A stretch of 64,000 bases of DNA from an uncultured bacterium (GTDB lineage: Bacteria > Babelota > Babeliae > Babelales > Babelaceae). The stretch spans positions 1,457,902 through 1,521,901 of the forward strand of contig OY970209.1 in assembly GCA_963713855.1 (NCBI GenBank). The letters run 5' to 3'. Each line of letters begins with the position of its first letter. Position 1 is the first letter of the stretch. A model generated the notes under the pieces. That model was not told the DNA's origin. It did not search any database and was given only the letters and a program-made list of their open reading frames with translations. The translations under genes were made by a program, and so were the position numbers. Positions 10,796 through 21,122 of the stretch are shown piece by piece.

Positions 10796-11479
10796 GCTTT
10801 AGGCCTAAGATCATACTAAACGTATGTTAACATAAATTCTAATATTGAAAAAAAATAGCACTTTAGCAATAAAAAGGTCAAGCTTGAGCAGGCCGAAAAC
10901 AATTGAATGAGAAAAGACATAGAGAGCCTTGAACAAGTCATGCTTAAAGTAGCCTAATACTTTGAAATGAGGCGCCTAGAATATAAGCAATTATTCTAAA
11001 ATATAGTTAAAAAATAGCTTATTTATCCATAGATAGTCAAAGAGTTTCGAACTCTGACTCGCAAGAGAAAGTTTCAAAGAGCATACTAGTGCTGTACTTG
11101 AAAACAAGCATAATCTTTACTCCAAAGAGCTCAAGGAACTGCCAGCAGCTGATCAGATTATTAAATTACCGCAGGAAATTGCGTAATGTATAGCAAAGAC
11201 TCTAATTCTGCCACCCTCGGCGGAAGTTTTTTTTCTAAAGCGATCTTGCATGATTGGGATGATAAGCGTGCTTTTTAATTCTGGGAATGTATCAGTGCGA
11301 TGCAACTTCAATCAATTTTGTATATCATCGAATCGATATTTGATCATTGTGAAGATGAAAGAAAAATGGGTGATGAAGAGCGCAATAAATTGGCTCGCTC
11401 CCGCAATATTGACATTATTTTGAGATTTTAGTTATTATTTTAATGTCGGTAGATAATTTAATAATAAAGGAGATAGAGC

Positions 11480-11851
11480 ATGAAGAAAACATTACTACTG
11501 ATACTTTTAGTGTCATATACCCATATAAGTAACACCAGCACGACTAAGCAAGAGTGCTCACAAGGTCAGTCCTATGATGCAGTAGCCAATGTATGCTGCG
11601 ATAATAATCTTTTTAGCGCAGCAAGCAAGCGTTGTTGCCCAAGTGGATATGCTCCGACATCGAATAAAGGTGGTGGTCTTATGCTATCGCCTTGGAGTCC
11701 GAAATTTCTTCCTGATTCAGATAAGATTTGTTGTCCTTTAGGCAGCCAAGCCGTTCCTGTTGGGGGAGGGAAATATTACAAATTCGTTTGTTGTGCTAAG
11801 CGAACCGAGGATTTTCCTTGTCAAGTAAAAAAAACAAATCCTCCGGTATAA
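11480..11851 (+). CDS. Small secreted cysteine-rich protein
   Basis: AAGGAG RBS, signal peptide, four CC pairs; TTGACA upstream near 11410. Confidence 0.65.
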   Translation: MKKTLLLILLVSYTHISNTSTTKQECSQGQSYDAVANVCCDNNLFSAASKRCCPSGYAPTSNKGGGLMLSPWSPKFLPDSDKICCPLGSQAVPVGGGKYYKFVCCAKRTEDFPCQVKKTNPPV

Positions 11852-11986
11852 ACCTGCCTATTTAAGCAAGCTTTTTCTAATAGAGGCATCCTGACAACGC
11901 TAATACAAGATTGATAGGAATAAGTGGATTGCTGTTTTCATGCATTGCAAAAAGCTTGTATAAGCTACAACTCGTTGGCGCATTAA

Positions 11987-12260
11987 GATAGGTTTTACCA
12001 GACTATTCGAGATCAGACCATTGGCGTTAATATCCAGCTCGAGCAACTCCAAGAGGACCAAGATAATTATTACGTTACAGCAAAATGCCTTCTGGGTTTA
12101 GCTAATCGAGCATTTGAACTTTTTACAAGTTCTGAAATTGAAGAAAAGCGACAGGTTATGAAACTTGTACTATCGAACGTCGAGATGGCCGGAAAAGCGC
12201 TCTACGACGTTCAACCGCCATTTGATATGATCCTAAAATGTTCGGATCGTCAACTATGGC
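11987..12260 (+). pseudogene. 3' remnant of the serine recombinase gene (paralog of ~38707-38986)
   Basis: Direct DNA similarity, e.g. GCAAAATGCCTTCTGGGTTT, CAGGTTATGAAACTTGTACTATCGAACGTC, TCCTAAAATGTTCGGATCGTCAACTATGGC. Confidence 0.9.
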
Positions 12261-12290
12261 GTACCTAAGAGACTTATTCAGGAACAGAGA
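12231..12290 (+). repeat. att repeat R1 (attP-like: integrase-end left arm + core + P' arm; one core G missing)
   Basis: CGTCAACTA-TGGCG-TACCTAAGAGACTTATTCAGGAACAGAGA. Confidence 0.85.
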
Positions 12291-12376
12291 AACAAACTAG
12301 ACACATTTTCACGTGCTTTAAGAATAGCTACGTGAAACACTAACCAAAAATACCTGCTCTTTCAAAGCTTATGCTG

Positions 12377-12658
12377 CTACTTCATTTCTCTGAACATTTT
12401 TAAATGCTTATTTTCGTCATTCATAAACACTTTCAGTTGACTCATATTGTAGCCATATCGCTCAAAAAGACCTCGAAGCTCAAGCAAGTCTAGCTTGGGT
12501 ATATTTTTTGATACGACATACACGTATACCTCTTTCCCAATTCCCTTACATCCTATTACAGATTTAATCTTTTTAAGCCACTCAAACATTGCATCTTCAT
12601 CATATTGAGGAGAATAAAAGGTGAGCGGAGTTAATATAAGAGTAACTTGATCATTCAT
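12377..12658 (-). CDS. Probable immunity protein of the upstream polymorphic toxin
   Basis: Starts 8 bp after the reconstructed toxin stop; small acidic/aromatic protein. Confidence 0.6.
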   Translation of the reverse strand: MNDQVTLILTPLTFYSPQYDEDAMFEWLKKIKSVIGCKGIGKEVYVYVVSKNIPKLDLLELRGLFERYGYNMSQLKVFMNDENKHLKMFREMK

Positions 12659-12665
12659 AATTTTT

Positions 12666-13549
12666 CTATTTAGTAGGAGGTCTAGTTTTTCCGCCGGGAT
12701 AGATATTATTTACACGATCTCCATCGGGATTTACAATATCCAATGTGGACCGGCATGACCATAAGGACCGCTTGGTACCCAATAGTTGCCATCTTTATCT
12801 GGCCAACCATGCTGATCAGTTTCGGGATGAGGCTGCTTTTTCCCATCAGAATTTTTGGGAGGAATATATCCATCTTTTTCACCAGGCTTATCAGGAATGG
12901 AAAGGTCATAAAGACGGTTGAACTCTTCCTAATTTGCAGTTCTTCCTGATGCACCAAACAACTTTTTAAAAGCTCCATTTACAAAGAATTTTGAAGCTAT
13001 TCCACCTAAAGTAGCGAGAACTCCCATTCCTACGGCATTCCAGCCAACAAAAGCTAAACCTTGGCCTGCTCCCCATGCAAAAAGCGGTATTATATTATGC
13101 ACTAATATATCTTCTCTTGATACACAGAAATTATGATACTCCTCTACGGTAAGATCATAAGCAATATCATGAGTAACTATTTCTAAGATATGACCAACTT
13201 TAACGAACTCTAAGCAATTTTTTAAAAGTGAATGGCCTACTTTGAGCTCTTCTGCTTTTACCCACTTTCCTTCTAAAGGGAGATAAAATATGTGATCATC
13301 TGCTACAACTATTTCCTCGCCATTAACAACAACGCGAAAAAAACGTGAAGCTCCTTTATGTTCTATATGCGTAACACTTCTCTCAATACAAGAGCCCTTA
13401 AAATCAAAACAAATGACTTTATCACCTTCTTTAAGCTCTTCTATTGGTATGTAGCCATTTGAGACTTTAACTAAAGTTCCACTTAAAAACCCTTCTCCTC
13501 GAGCAACGTTTATCGCCAAGAAACATATAAGTATTAAGATTCTTTTCAT
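12666..13549 (-). pseudogene. Signal peptide-Hint-Ntox37-like polymorphic toxin, disrupted
   Basis: Hint (GFLSGTLV...YDLTVEEYHNF...LVHN). Reading through TAG 12929-12931 gives PDKPGEKDGYIPPKN...GWPDKDGNYWVPSG..HAGPHW, then a frameshift near 12740 to DIVNPDG..NIYPGGKTR. Confidence 0.75.
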
Positions 13550-13762
13550 GCTTTTTCTCTTTAGATATTTCTAACGTACAATCAAATCTGCTTCAGTGTA
13601 GAATGAACTTTAATAAAGTCAACGGTGTGTTTGCTTGCAAGACAGTTGCTGTTAACAAGAAAGAAAACATAAATCAGGGCTGCGGTTAGAAAATGATGAG
13701 CTTAAAATTATTGAGGTTTTTAAAGCGGCTTAAAAACCTCTACCAAGACAGTATAGATAATA

Positions 13763-13810
13763 CCAGCCTTTAAGTGCTGGCGGCACCTAAGCGACGCATT
13801 CGGAAATAGA
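13763..13810 (+). repeat. att repeat R2 (hairpin left arm)
   Basis: CCAGC-ctttaagt-GCTGGCGG-CACCTAAGCGACGCATTCGGAAATAGA. Confidence 0.9.
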
Positions 13811-13862
13811 GAGATTAAACCAAACTTACTTTTTAAAATAGGAGATCTCTTTAATTTCTTAC

Positions 13863-14927
13863 TCAATAAGTAATGGCAATAGTTTTGTCTTTACAATTTA
13901 TATGCACCAGCCCACCATTAGGAACAACTATTTGCGGGTCTGTATGACCAAAATTCAGATTAAAAACAACAGGAAGATTAGCGTTGTAATCCTGCAAAGC
14001 TTGCTGAATTGCTTCTCTCTGATTTGTTACATAGTGCCCTCTACCTTCAGGCGGCAACATATGCATAAACTGCGTCTTTGGTAACCCAACTAAGATAGCT
14101 TTCAATCGCCTAAGTATGTTACGCTCAGCAAGTGCCGCAACAAAGCGATAAATAAATCCAGAACTTGGCAACTCTTCTGATGTCTCAATATATAAGACAA
14201 TATCATCATGCTTTTCAAATTGGGGAAGATAATAGGGACTATTTACAGCAAGCTGTAAGTCCAAAACTTCTAAACAGCCTCCCCATAACCTACCCGATAG
14301 TACGCTATCATCACAATTATACCATTCCCAATTCGGAGTCCTTTCCATAGGACGCTTAATGAAAAGTTTACTTGTGTCACTCCAATCAAAATCATAATCA
14401 GTATATTCCGCGGGCTTATTTATATAACCAACTTCAGTATCAAACAAAGCCTTTTTTATAGAATTAATAGTGTAATCATGCATAGCACCTTGCATACCAA
14501 ATTGCGACATAAGTGCACCGCCATAGTAAGAAATTAAGCCAAGATTCCATAATAAAACATGTATATTGGTTATATCACTATACCCTAGAAATATCTTAGG
14601 GTGAGCTAAAATAATTTTGCGATCTAAATAAGGCAAAATTCGAATACAATCACTTCCACCAGTTGTAGCAATTATTGCTTTAATTGAAGCATCTTCAAAA
14701 GCTGTATTGATGTCATCAGCACGTGCTTCTGGATTACGCGACAAATATTCTGGGCTTTTACGAGTAGTAGGCAATTCTATGGGAATAAGATTGAAAATAG
14801 TCTGCAAACGCCGAATACCAAGTTCGTAGACTTGGGGAAATAAGTAAGCACATGCTGCTGATGGAGATACAATAGCGACTTTGTCACCAGGTTGTAAACG
14901 TGATGGTATAATAAAAGAGGCACTCAT
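13863..14927 (-). CDS. S66 peptidase (LD-carboxypeptidase / MccF-like)
   Basis: LQPGDKVAIVSPS, GYSDIT, GRLWGGCLE, ETSEE, FGHTDPQ catalytic motifs. Confidence 0.9.
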   Translation of the reverse strand: MSASFIIPSRLQPGDKVAIVSPSAACAYLFPQVYELGIRRLQTIFNLIPIELPTTRKSPEYLSRNPEARADDINTAFEDASIKAIIATTGGSDCIRILPYLDRKIILAHPKIFLGYSDITNIHVLLWNLGLISYYGGALMSQFGMQGAMHDYTINSIKKALFDTEVGYINKPAEYTDYDFDWSDTSKLFIKRPMERTPNWEWYNCDDSVLSGRLWGGCLEVLDLQLAVNSPYYLPQFEKHDDIVLYIETSEELPSSGFIYRFVAALAERNILRRLKAILVGLPKTQFMHMLPPEGRGHYVTNQREAIQQALQDYNANLPVVFNLNFGHTDPQIVVPNGGLVHINCKDKTIAITY

Positions 14928-14929
14928 AG

Positions 14930-15433
14930 TTACAACTTTCTATTTCTTACCTTTCTCTTAAGCTTACCACGTTCTTTTTCTATAATTTTCTGATCTTGGG
15001 CATACCAAAGCATTTCTTCGGTATTTTTAAGTTTGCGCAAAAGCAATATGTTATGACCCCAAGCGAATCTAAAGACAGGAAGATTTTCAAAAAGTGGCAC
15101 AGCTTGTGCTACTTTTTCGTAAGCTAAGAAAAAAGCCTTCATTCTAAATATATTACTTCTTGAAAACCCTTCTATTCCAGGAAAAGCATTTTGTAAATCT
15201 TTGACAAGACGCTCAATGATCTGAGACCCCCAATGGCTAATCTCTTGTTTCTCTGTTATTGTTTTGCCTAAAGAGTAATGGAGTTTGATTAACTCTTTGT
15301 TTCCCCAAACAGCTGCTTTAATCTGAGACTCATAGATTTGTCTCTTCAGCGCTAATAGTATCTTAGTATAATCTTTAGCTAGAGCGAGAGTCGGCTTAGA
15401 TGTAGTTTCGCTTTTTTTCTTTATGCTTTTCAT
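14930..15433 (-). pseudogene. DUF1016/YhcG N-terminal domain, truncated (nuclease domain missing)
   Basis: WGSQIIERLVKDLQNAFP..GFSRSNIFRM..F...WGHN...WY motifs; ends abruptly. Confidence 0.7.
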
Positions 15434-15550
15434 TGAGTTCTCTCTACATAGTTCTTTAGCAAAAGCGATTTTGCTGGTAATTTTATCTTTTAATAATAAA
15501 CAAAAAACTTCCTAGAAAGGTGATAACCGCTTTTGAATGGTCTTATCGTA

Positions 15551-15893
15551 ATAGATCTTGCAATTACCGTCAAACCTGGATATACCCACTTTTGATCTAA
15601 TAATCACTTCTTAATGAAGGATAAGCCAACGACCGTACTACTAACATATAGCGCGTATGAGCGTCGAGGAAGTACGTTCAAATTTGGCTCGCATAACTTC
15701 AAAGATGCAGATGCTTCAGCATCAGCGTCGAGCTCCTTCAAGCAGTAAGCTCATTCCTAGCCTAATGGTCCGAATGTCAGCTTCCATTTTAAGCGTCAAA
15801 GCTTACACGAAGCTTTTTCAATACTTTAAGCAAATTACACAACACACGATCAGCATAACTCATATGGCAAGGGCCATGAGGAAAACTATGTTT
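15551..15893. repeat. Conserved non-coding backbone segment, copy A
   Basis: Collinear with 33941-34258; identical 26-mer ATCTAATAATCACTTCTTAATGAAGG. Confidence 0.85.
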
Positions 15894-15900
15894 TTGATTT

Positions 15901-16031
15901 ATTTTTGAGTTCTGACGTAGAAGAGAAGCGTCATATTATTAAACTTGAGAGTGGAAGCTGAGTATGTCCTCTATGACGTTCAACCGCCATTCGATGTGAT
16001 CCTAAAATGTTCGGATCGTCAACTATGGCGG
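15901..16031 (+). pseudogene. Second 3' remnant of the serine recombinase gene
   Basis: GAGTTCTGACGTAGAAGAGAAGCG...CTCTATGACGTTCAACCGCCATTCGATGTGATCCTAAAATGTTCGGATCGTCAACTATGGCGG matches 38848-38986 with an internal deletion. Confidence 0.9.
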
Positions 16032-16060
16032 TACCTAAGCAACGCATTCAGGAATCGAGA
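16000..16060 (+). repeat. att repeat R3 (complete attP-like junction)
   Basis: CGTCAACTA-TGGCGG-TACCTAAGCAACGCATTCAGGAATCGAGA; translates in frame as KCSDRQLWRYLSNAFRNRE. Confidence 0.9.
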
Positions 16061-16177
16061 AGCAAGCTTAAGGCAGTTACCAGCCTCTTTAAAAACTCTT
16101 GATACATTTTGCAGACAAAATGTCCTTTAAAAGCTTAATCTATTGACTTTTTTTCCAATTTATTGGACAATTGCTCT

Positions 16178-16498
16178 ATGAGAGTAGTACTTAAAAAAGT
16201 TTACAAGCTTTATAAAACTCCTGAATATGGTGCTTGGCTTGAACAACAGACTTTTAAGTCCCAAGTACAGATTGCTGATCGCCTCTCTAAAATAGAATTA
16301 GAGGGACATTTCGGTAATCATAAATTTCTTGAAAATAATATTTGGGAGTTAAAGTGGGAAAATGGCAGAAGAATTTACTATGCCTATATTAGCTCTTTAG
16401 ATATTTTAGTTTTACTTGGGGGAAATAAGAATGGGCAGAACAAAGACATTACACAAGCAAAAAGAATCTACAGAAAAAATGTTGAAACAGAAGATTAA
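16178..16498 (+). CDS. RelE/ParE (HigB-type) toxin
   Basis: QIADRLSKIE.GHFGNHK...IWELKW.NGRRIYY...LLGGNKNGQ.KDI. Confidence 0.85.
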   Translation: MRVVLKKVYKLYKTPEYGAWLEQQTFKSQVQIADRLSKIELEGHFGNHKFLENNIWELKWENGRRIYYAYISSLDILVLLGGNKNGQNKDITQAKRIYRKNVETED

Positions 16499-16775
16499 AA
16501 AAAGTGCTCAATTAAAACCTTACAATCCAACTGAAGATCTTTTAGATGAGAATTTTATTGGTAAAGCAATTTTAGAGTGTTTAAAAAATAATGATCCTGA
16601 GGGTGTAATGGAAGTGCTTTCGGTATATTTAAAAACAGTTAATAAGGTTAAATCTGCCCAACAAGCAAATATTGCACGTTCAACACTTTATCATAGCATC
16701 AAAAGCAAAAATCCTACCATCAAGACATTGGCTAAGCTTGTTTCAATTCATTCATTAGAGTTTCGCACAAAGTAA
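16479..16775 (+). CDS. HTH antitoxin (addiction module antidote)
   Basis: Overlaps the toxin; ANIARSTLYHS...NPTIKTL. Confidence 0.8.
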   Translation: MLKQKIKKSAQLKPYNPTEDLLDENFIGKAILECLKNNDPEGVMEVLSVYLKTVNKVKSAQQANIARSTLYHSIKSKNPTIKTLAKLVSIHSLEFRTK

Positions 16776-17124
16776 GCTGTTGGCAAGAAATTCTGTTAAT
16801 CGTCTTATAAAGAATGGAAAGTGCACAAATTTTGAGTATATCGAGATAGCGGGGCAAATGTACTTAAGGTGCTTTGGATCGGGAGCATAGAGGTAATGAA
16901 ATTATAGGCTAAGAGAAAGTTAGCACTGGGTATCTAAGCTCAAATAGAAGTTGAAGCTTATCGAGAGCCTTATCATTCGTCTTGCCGGTCGCATTCAGTG
17001 TAGCATATTGATTACCACGAATATGAAATGCTCCCTTACGATCTCTCTAAACCCTGAATCCTTTATTAGCAAGACTAGCACGAAATCTTGTATGATCAAG
17101 CATCGTTTGCTCCCCCTCAAAAGA

Positions 17125-17172
17125 CCAGCTGTAAAAAGCTGGCGTTACCTAAGCGATGCATTCAGGAATAAA
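17125..17172 (+). repeat. att repeat R4 (hairpin left arm)
   Basis: CCAGCT-gtaaaa-AGCTGGCGT-TACCTAAGCGATGCATTCAGGAATAAA. Confidence 0.9.
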
Positions 17173-17257
17173 GAAGTTAGACTAGATTTACGCTATCATG
17201 CTATTCACGTCTCGTTATATAGATTTGTTAAATAACTAATATTTTGAAGCAAAGCGA

Positions 17258-18499
17258 TTAAGCAAGCCGTTTCATGTTCCACACAGCATACGCTTTTTCA
17301 ATTTGTTGGCGAATTTGTGATGGTGGAATAAAAAGATAAGCATAGTTTTTTACCACTTCACCAGACTGACAAATGCCTTTTTGTTCCCATGCGTTGATAA
17401 GAGTTGCAATGTTAAATTCATGTGCAATGAGAAAGCCTATTATATAAAGGGCTCTCTCAACATGCGACGGATGTCGATCGGATAAACCTATTGTAATAAT
17501 ACTTGGCTTTTCGTCTTCTTCTTCAGAAAGAAGTATGGTTATAAAGTTTAGTATGGCACTCATTTCTCCTAACTTTAAAAGTTGTCTCAATGCGAAAAGG
17601 TCAGCTCGTTGCTCAGTTGTTCGCTCATATAACGACAGAAGCTTGTTCTTTTCGCCTTCGGGCGGGATCCAAAGGAAACCGTAACGCTTAAGCACTCTTT
17701 GAGCTTCTGGCTCGGCTAATGCTTCCACTAATATTTTTCCGATCTTTGTATGACCGAAAGAAGGGAGTGTATGTATGCCAAGCTCTAGATAATCTTTAAT
17801 ATCTTTTTGGTCGGATTTTACTAAAGGCTCGTTTAGGAAGCCCTGCATATCAACATCTCGAGTATCTCCGTGAACAATATGTCCGATCTCATGATAGAGG
17901 GTATACAGTCGAGAATCCAAATCAGGTGTTTTACACATGATTATATAGCTCTTCAAAGGTTTAGTGACTGCTTCACCAGCAAAGGATTTGGTTGTACTAA
18001 GGGCCCTTACTTCTTCTTGAAGACCCGCCAAACGTACGCCTTCGTCAACCAGTTTTTTCTGCATCGCTGTTGGTATTTCAACACCTTTTTCTTTAATAAG
18101 CAAATCAAGCTCAACTTCAGTTATTACTTCCTTTAGCCATGTTCTATCTATCCCATATATTGAAGAAGCTGGTACTAGTCCAAGAAGCTCTCTTAAAAAA
18201 TTGTAAGGATATAATAATATGTTCGGCCTCACACTAAGGTTAGGCTGAACAAGTCCATAATTAGCTCGATAAGCAACATTTTCTAGCCAATCAAAAAACG
18301 TCAAGTCAGATTTGTCCAACTCTTTTAACAGCTCTTGTTTCCAACTCTTGTAATCTTTTCCTTCCACAGTGGGTTTTTCATTATAAACAAAGCTTCCTTT
18401 GTCAAAATCCATTACAAGGGTTATTCCACGAGGTGTTTTGCCATAACTGACTACAGTGAAGGCAAAAGATAAAATAATCGCTTGCATGATTTTTTTCAC
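17258..18499 (-). CDS. Secreted zinc metallopeptidase (M48-like) with one YNxLR repeat
   Basis: Signal peptide; YHEIGH, EQRADLFA, HPSHVERA. Confidence 0.7.
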   Translation of the reverse strand: MKKIMQAIILSFAFTVVSYGKTPRGITLVMDFDKGSFVYNEKPTVEGKDYKSWKQELLKELDKSDLTFFDWLENVAYRANYGLVQPNLSVRPNILLYPYNFLRELLGLVPASSIYGIDRTWLKEVITEVELDLLIKEKGVEIPTAMQKKLVDEGVRLAGLQEEVRALSTTKSFAGEAVTKPLKSYIIMCKTPDLDSRLYTLYHEIGHIVHGDTRDVDMQGFLNEPLVKSDQKDIKDYLELGIHTLPSFGHTKIGKILVEALAEPEAQRVLKRYGFLWIPPEGEKNKLLSLYERTTEQRADLFALRQLLKLGEMSAILNFITILLSEEEDEKPSIITIGLSDRHPSHVERALYIIGFLIAHEFNIATLINAWEQKGICQSGEVVKNYAYLFIPPSQIRQQIEKAYAVWNMKRLA

Positions 18500-19075
18500 A
18501 AAGAGCTCTCAAGAGGCATGATATTCATTAAATTTTTTTACTACCTATATATTTAATATTAGTTTTATTAATGCCAAAAAGTCAATGGTGTATTTTTATA
18601 GCAAAACTTATCTCGTCAAATAGCCAATGAAAAGATCTTGAGGCTATAGGTAAAAAACTTTCTCGAAAGTCAATACCATTTTGCTTGACAGTATTGCTTA
18701 TAAACGGGATTATTGAATTATATTTTACCAAATTTTTCTAGATTTATGACCTAATCAACTCTATATCTGATCAGGGTAGCTAGACTGATGCGATAAACAT
18801 AAAATAGCTGTGATAGGCGTTTCTCTTCTTCTCCATGCTAGATAATGGAGAAGCTCGGTTGGTATATATTCCAAGTTTGAAAGGCTCAGATAGAGGTGAT
18901 TATTCGTTGCTACCTAAGTTGCTTCATCTTTATGGGGCGCCCGAAATCCCTCTGTTGCGATTTAGCAAAGAACTCTTTACTATAGGCGGGATTTTTCGGA
19001 AGAACAAAGATTAGCGATTATTAAGGCATTATTTCGCTGGCCCAGCGTAAATCGAAATAATGCAGGAGCTGCAAT

Positions 19076-19130
19076 CCAACTACTTTTTAAAGAGCTGGCG
19101 GTACCTAATTGACGCCTTCAGGAATAGGCA
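19076..19130 (+). repeat. att repeat R5
   Basis: CCAAC...GAGCTGGCGG-TACCTAATTGACGCCTTCAGGAATAGGCA. Confidence 0.9.
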
Positions 19131-19222
19131 AGTAAGGCTTTTGTATATTTAAGCTGACTTTTAGTTTTACTAAAGAGAAACTTTGCTAAAGCATACTATT
19201 ATGCTCTTTCTACAGTAAATTA

Positions 19223-19252
19223 TTGACATGCTATACTACACAGTGGTATGGT
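19223..19252 (+). promoter_or_regulatory. Promoter with antitoxin-operator-like palindrome
   Basis: TTGACA at 19223; imperfect inverted repeat ATACTAC-aca-GTGGTAT (19233-19249) directly before the TA operon. Confidence 0.5.
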
Positions 19253-19260
19253 ATAAGCAC

Positions 19261-19600
19261 GTGCTTAGAAATATTACCAACAACCTATTTCAGCAAAATG
19301 AAAGACAATCTTCTAAAAAAGAGACAACTCTTTTAAGAAGATTATGATGTATTTCTTGAAGAATTAGCCAAAAACCCAGATTCAGGTGATGTGATTTCTG
19401 GCACAGGTGGTGTTCGAAAGATACGATTAAAATCAGCATCCAAAAGAAACGTGGTGGGTTTAGAGTTTGCTACTTTTACTTTCAGGCAAAGGAACGAATA
19501 TACCTGTTTTATATCTTTGGAAAAAATGAGCAAGAAAAGATAACAGAAGAAGAGAAGAAAATTCTTAGGGACTTAGCAAGCTATTTTGAGAGGGGTTCAG
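19261..19600 (+). pseudogene. HigB-2/RelE-like toxin, disrupted
   Basis: ELAKNPDSGDVISGTGGVRKIR...KRGGFRVCYF...KNEQEKIT, with an in-frame TAA near 19334 and a frameshift near 19445. Confidence 0.8.
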
Positions 19601-19603
19601 AGC

Positions 19604-19921
19604 GTGAGTAAATTATTCAAAGCTTTAAAAGCAGGCTTCGAAGAAGCTATTGCACACGATCAAGGAAAGTTACAGCTTCGCTCAGAATGCATAGAGATTC
19701 CAGAACCACCTGCTCAATATAAAGCTAAAGAAATAAAGAAAATAAGAGAAAAAAATAAATATTCCCAAGCTATTTTTGCAAAGGTTCTTAACGTAAGTGT
19801 TAAAACCGTACAATCATGGGAATCGGGACAACGTGTCCCGAGCCAATCAGCATTACGCCTTCTTGAAATCGTAGAAAAAGGAATTTATAATCCTCAAATT
19901 TATAGAAAATCAATTAGTTAG
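19604..19921 (+). CDS. HigA-2-like HTH antitoxin
   Basis: IKKIREK..SQAIFAKVLNVSVKTVQSWESGQRVPS; GTG start 19604. Confidence 0.85.
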   Translation: MSKLFKALKAGFEEAIAHDQGKLQLRSECIEIPEPPAQYKAKEIKKIREKNKYSQAIFAKVLNVSVKTVQSWESGQRVPSQSALRLLEIVEKGIYNPQIYRKSIS

Positions 19922-20005
19922 ATGACGAATTACTGCCACAGAACAGTTGATTTATCCTAATCTCTTTCTTTACTTATTCTTTAAAGAGCTATTAAAAGCA
20001 TTGTT

Positions 20006-20060
20006 TGCCAGCTTTATTAAGCATTGGCGGCACCTAAGCGACGCATTCAGTAAAAGAGAA
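20006..20060 (+). repeat. att repeat R6
   Basis: TGCCAGCTTTATTAAGCAT-TGGCGG-CACCTAAGCGACGCATTCAGTAAAAGAGAA. Confidence 0.9.
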
Positions 20061-20198
20061 ATAAGAATAATCTCTGTAAGACCCAATAAACTCAAATAAA
20101 GCCTCTTTTTTACGTTAAAGAACAAATGGTTGACTTTGACTTAGCTTATTTTAGAATAAGCACAAAGTTGATTATGTATTAAAAGTGTATCAAAACTT

Positions 20199-21119
20199 AT
20201 GAAAAATCTTCTAGCTTTTATTTATTTTTTAGCAGCAGCCTGCGCTCATGGAGAAGGCTTCTTAGCAGGAACTTTAGTTAAAACTCCAAATGGCTACACT
20301 CCTATAGAAAAACTGCAAGAGAAAGATTTAGTAATTTGCTATGACTTTCAGGGAAACTGTGTCACAAGAAGGATAACAAAGACTTTTAAGCAATCTACCT
20401 CTGATTATATCCGCTTGTGGATTAACGATGAGTTAATTGAAGTTGCTTCTGATCACAAATTTTTTCTACCTCTTGAAAATCGCTGGATCGAAGCGAAATG
20501 CGCTAACTCTAAGCATGTTTTTTTGAGTAGATGTATCGATTTAGTTCTAATTACTGCTGCTCAATATCTGACAAAACAAGCAGAAGTTTACGACATTACG
20601 GTAGAAGAGTTTCATAACTTTTGTGTTTCCAATCAAGATGTTCATGTGCACAATATATCACCTGTAGTAGCAATTGGTATCTCTTGGGCCTTTGAAGGAC
20701 CTATTGTCTGGACAGCTTCTATCGGACTTGCCGGCTTAGGATGGGGAATTGGATACTTGCTTTCAAGTAATCGTCATGCGAGACCGCAAACTCACTTTAA
20801 TGCCGACGAATTTGGACAAAGATTTAACAACAAAAAGCATCACGAAGAAAGCTATCACACAACAGCAGCTAGTGGAGGATCTTCTGATGACTTTGATGAT
20901 GAAGATCCTTATAAAGAAGAACAACACAAAAGCAAGCAAATGAAAAAGCTTTCCGAAGGAGAAATTAAAAAATTGGAAGCTGCTGGAATTGATGTGCACA
21001 CGCTTAAGCCAAATTCAAAATTTGATCTTTTCAAGAATCAGGCCGGTGAAATTTTCGTAAAACCCAAAGCAGGCAATGGTCCTGGCGACTCAACAGGCTT
21101 TAACATCAATAATTTTTAA
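20199..21119 (+). CDS. Signal peptide-Hint-Ntox33-like polymorphic toxin (intact)
   Basis: GFLAGTLV...VYDITVEEFHNF...VHVHN Hint domain; C-terminal KKLSEGEIKKL..GIDVH.LK...DLFK...GEIFVKPK.GNGPGD.TG. Confidence 0.8.
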   Translation: MKNLLAFIYFLAAACAHGEGFLAGTLVKTPNGYTPIEKLQEKDLVICYDFQGNCVTRRITKTFKQSTSDYIRLWINDELIEVASDHKFFLPLENRWIEAKCANSKHVFLSRCIDLVLITAAQYLTKQAEVYDITVEEFHNFCVSNQDVHVHNISPVVAIGISWAFEGPIVWTASIGLAGLGWGIGYLLSSNRHARPQTHFNADEFGQRFNNKKHHEESYHTTAASGGSSDDFDDEDPYKEEQHKSKQMKKLSEGEIKKLEAAGIDVHTLKPNSKFDLFKNQAGEIFVKPKAGNGPGDSTGFNINNF

Positions 21120-21122
21120 GCT

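Noticed and set aside
15657..17235. ORFs 15657-15908, 15945-16130 and 16951-17235 as genes
   Set aside because: They cross the non-coding repeat, integrase remnant or att repeat; the WRYLSDAFRN text comes from the att arm, and the 15657 frame does not appear as an ORF in copy B
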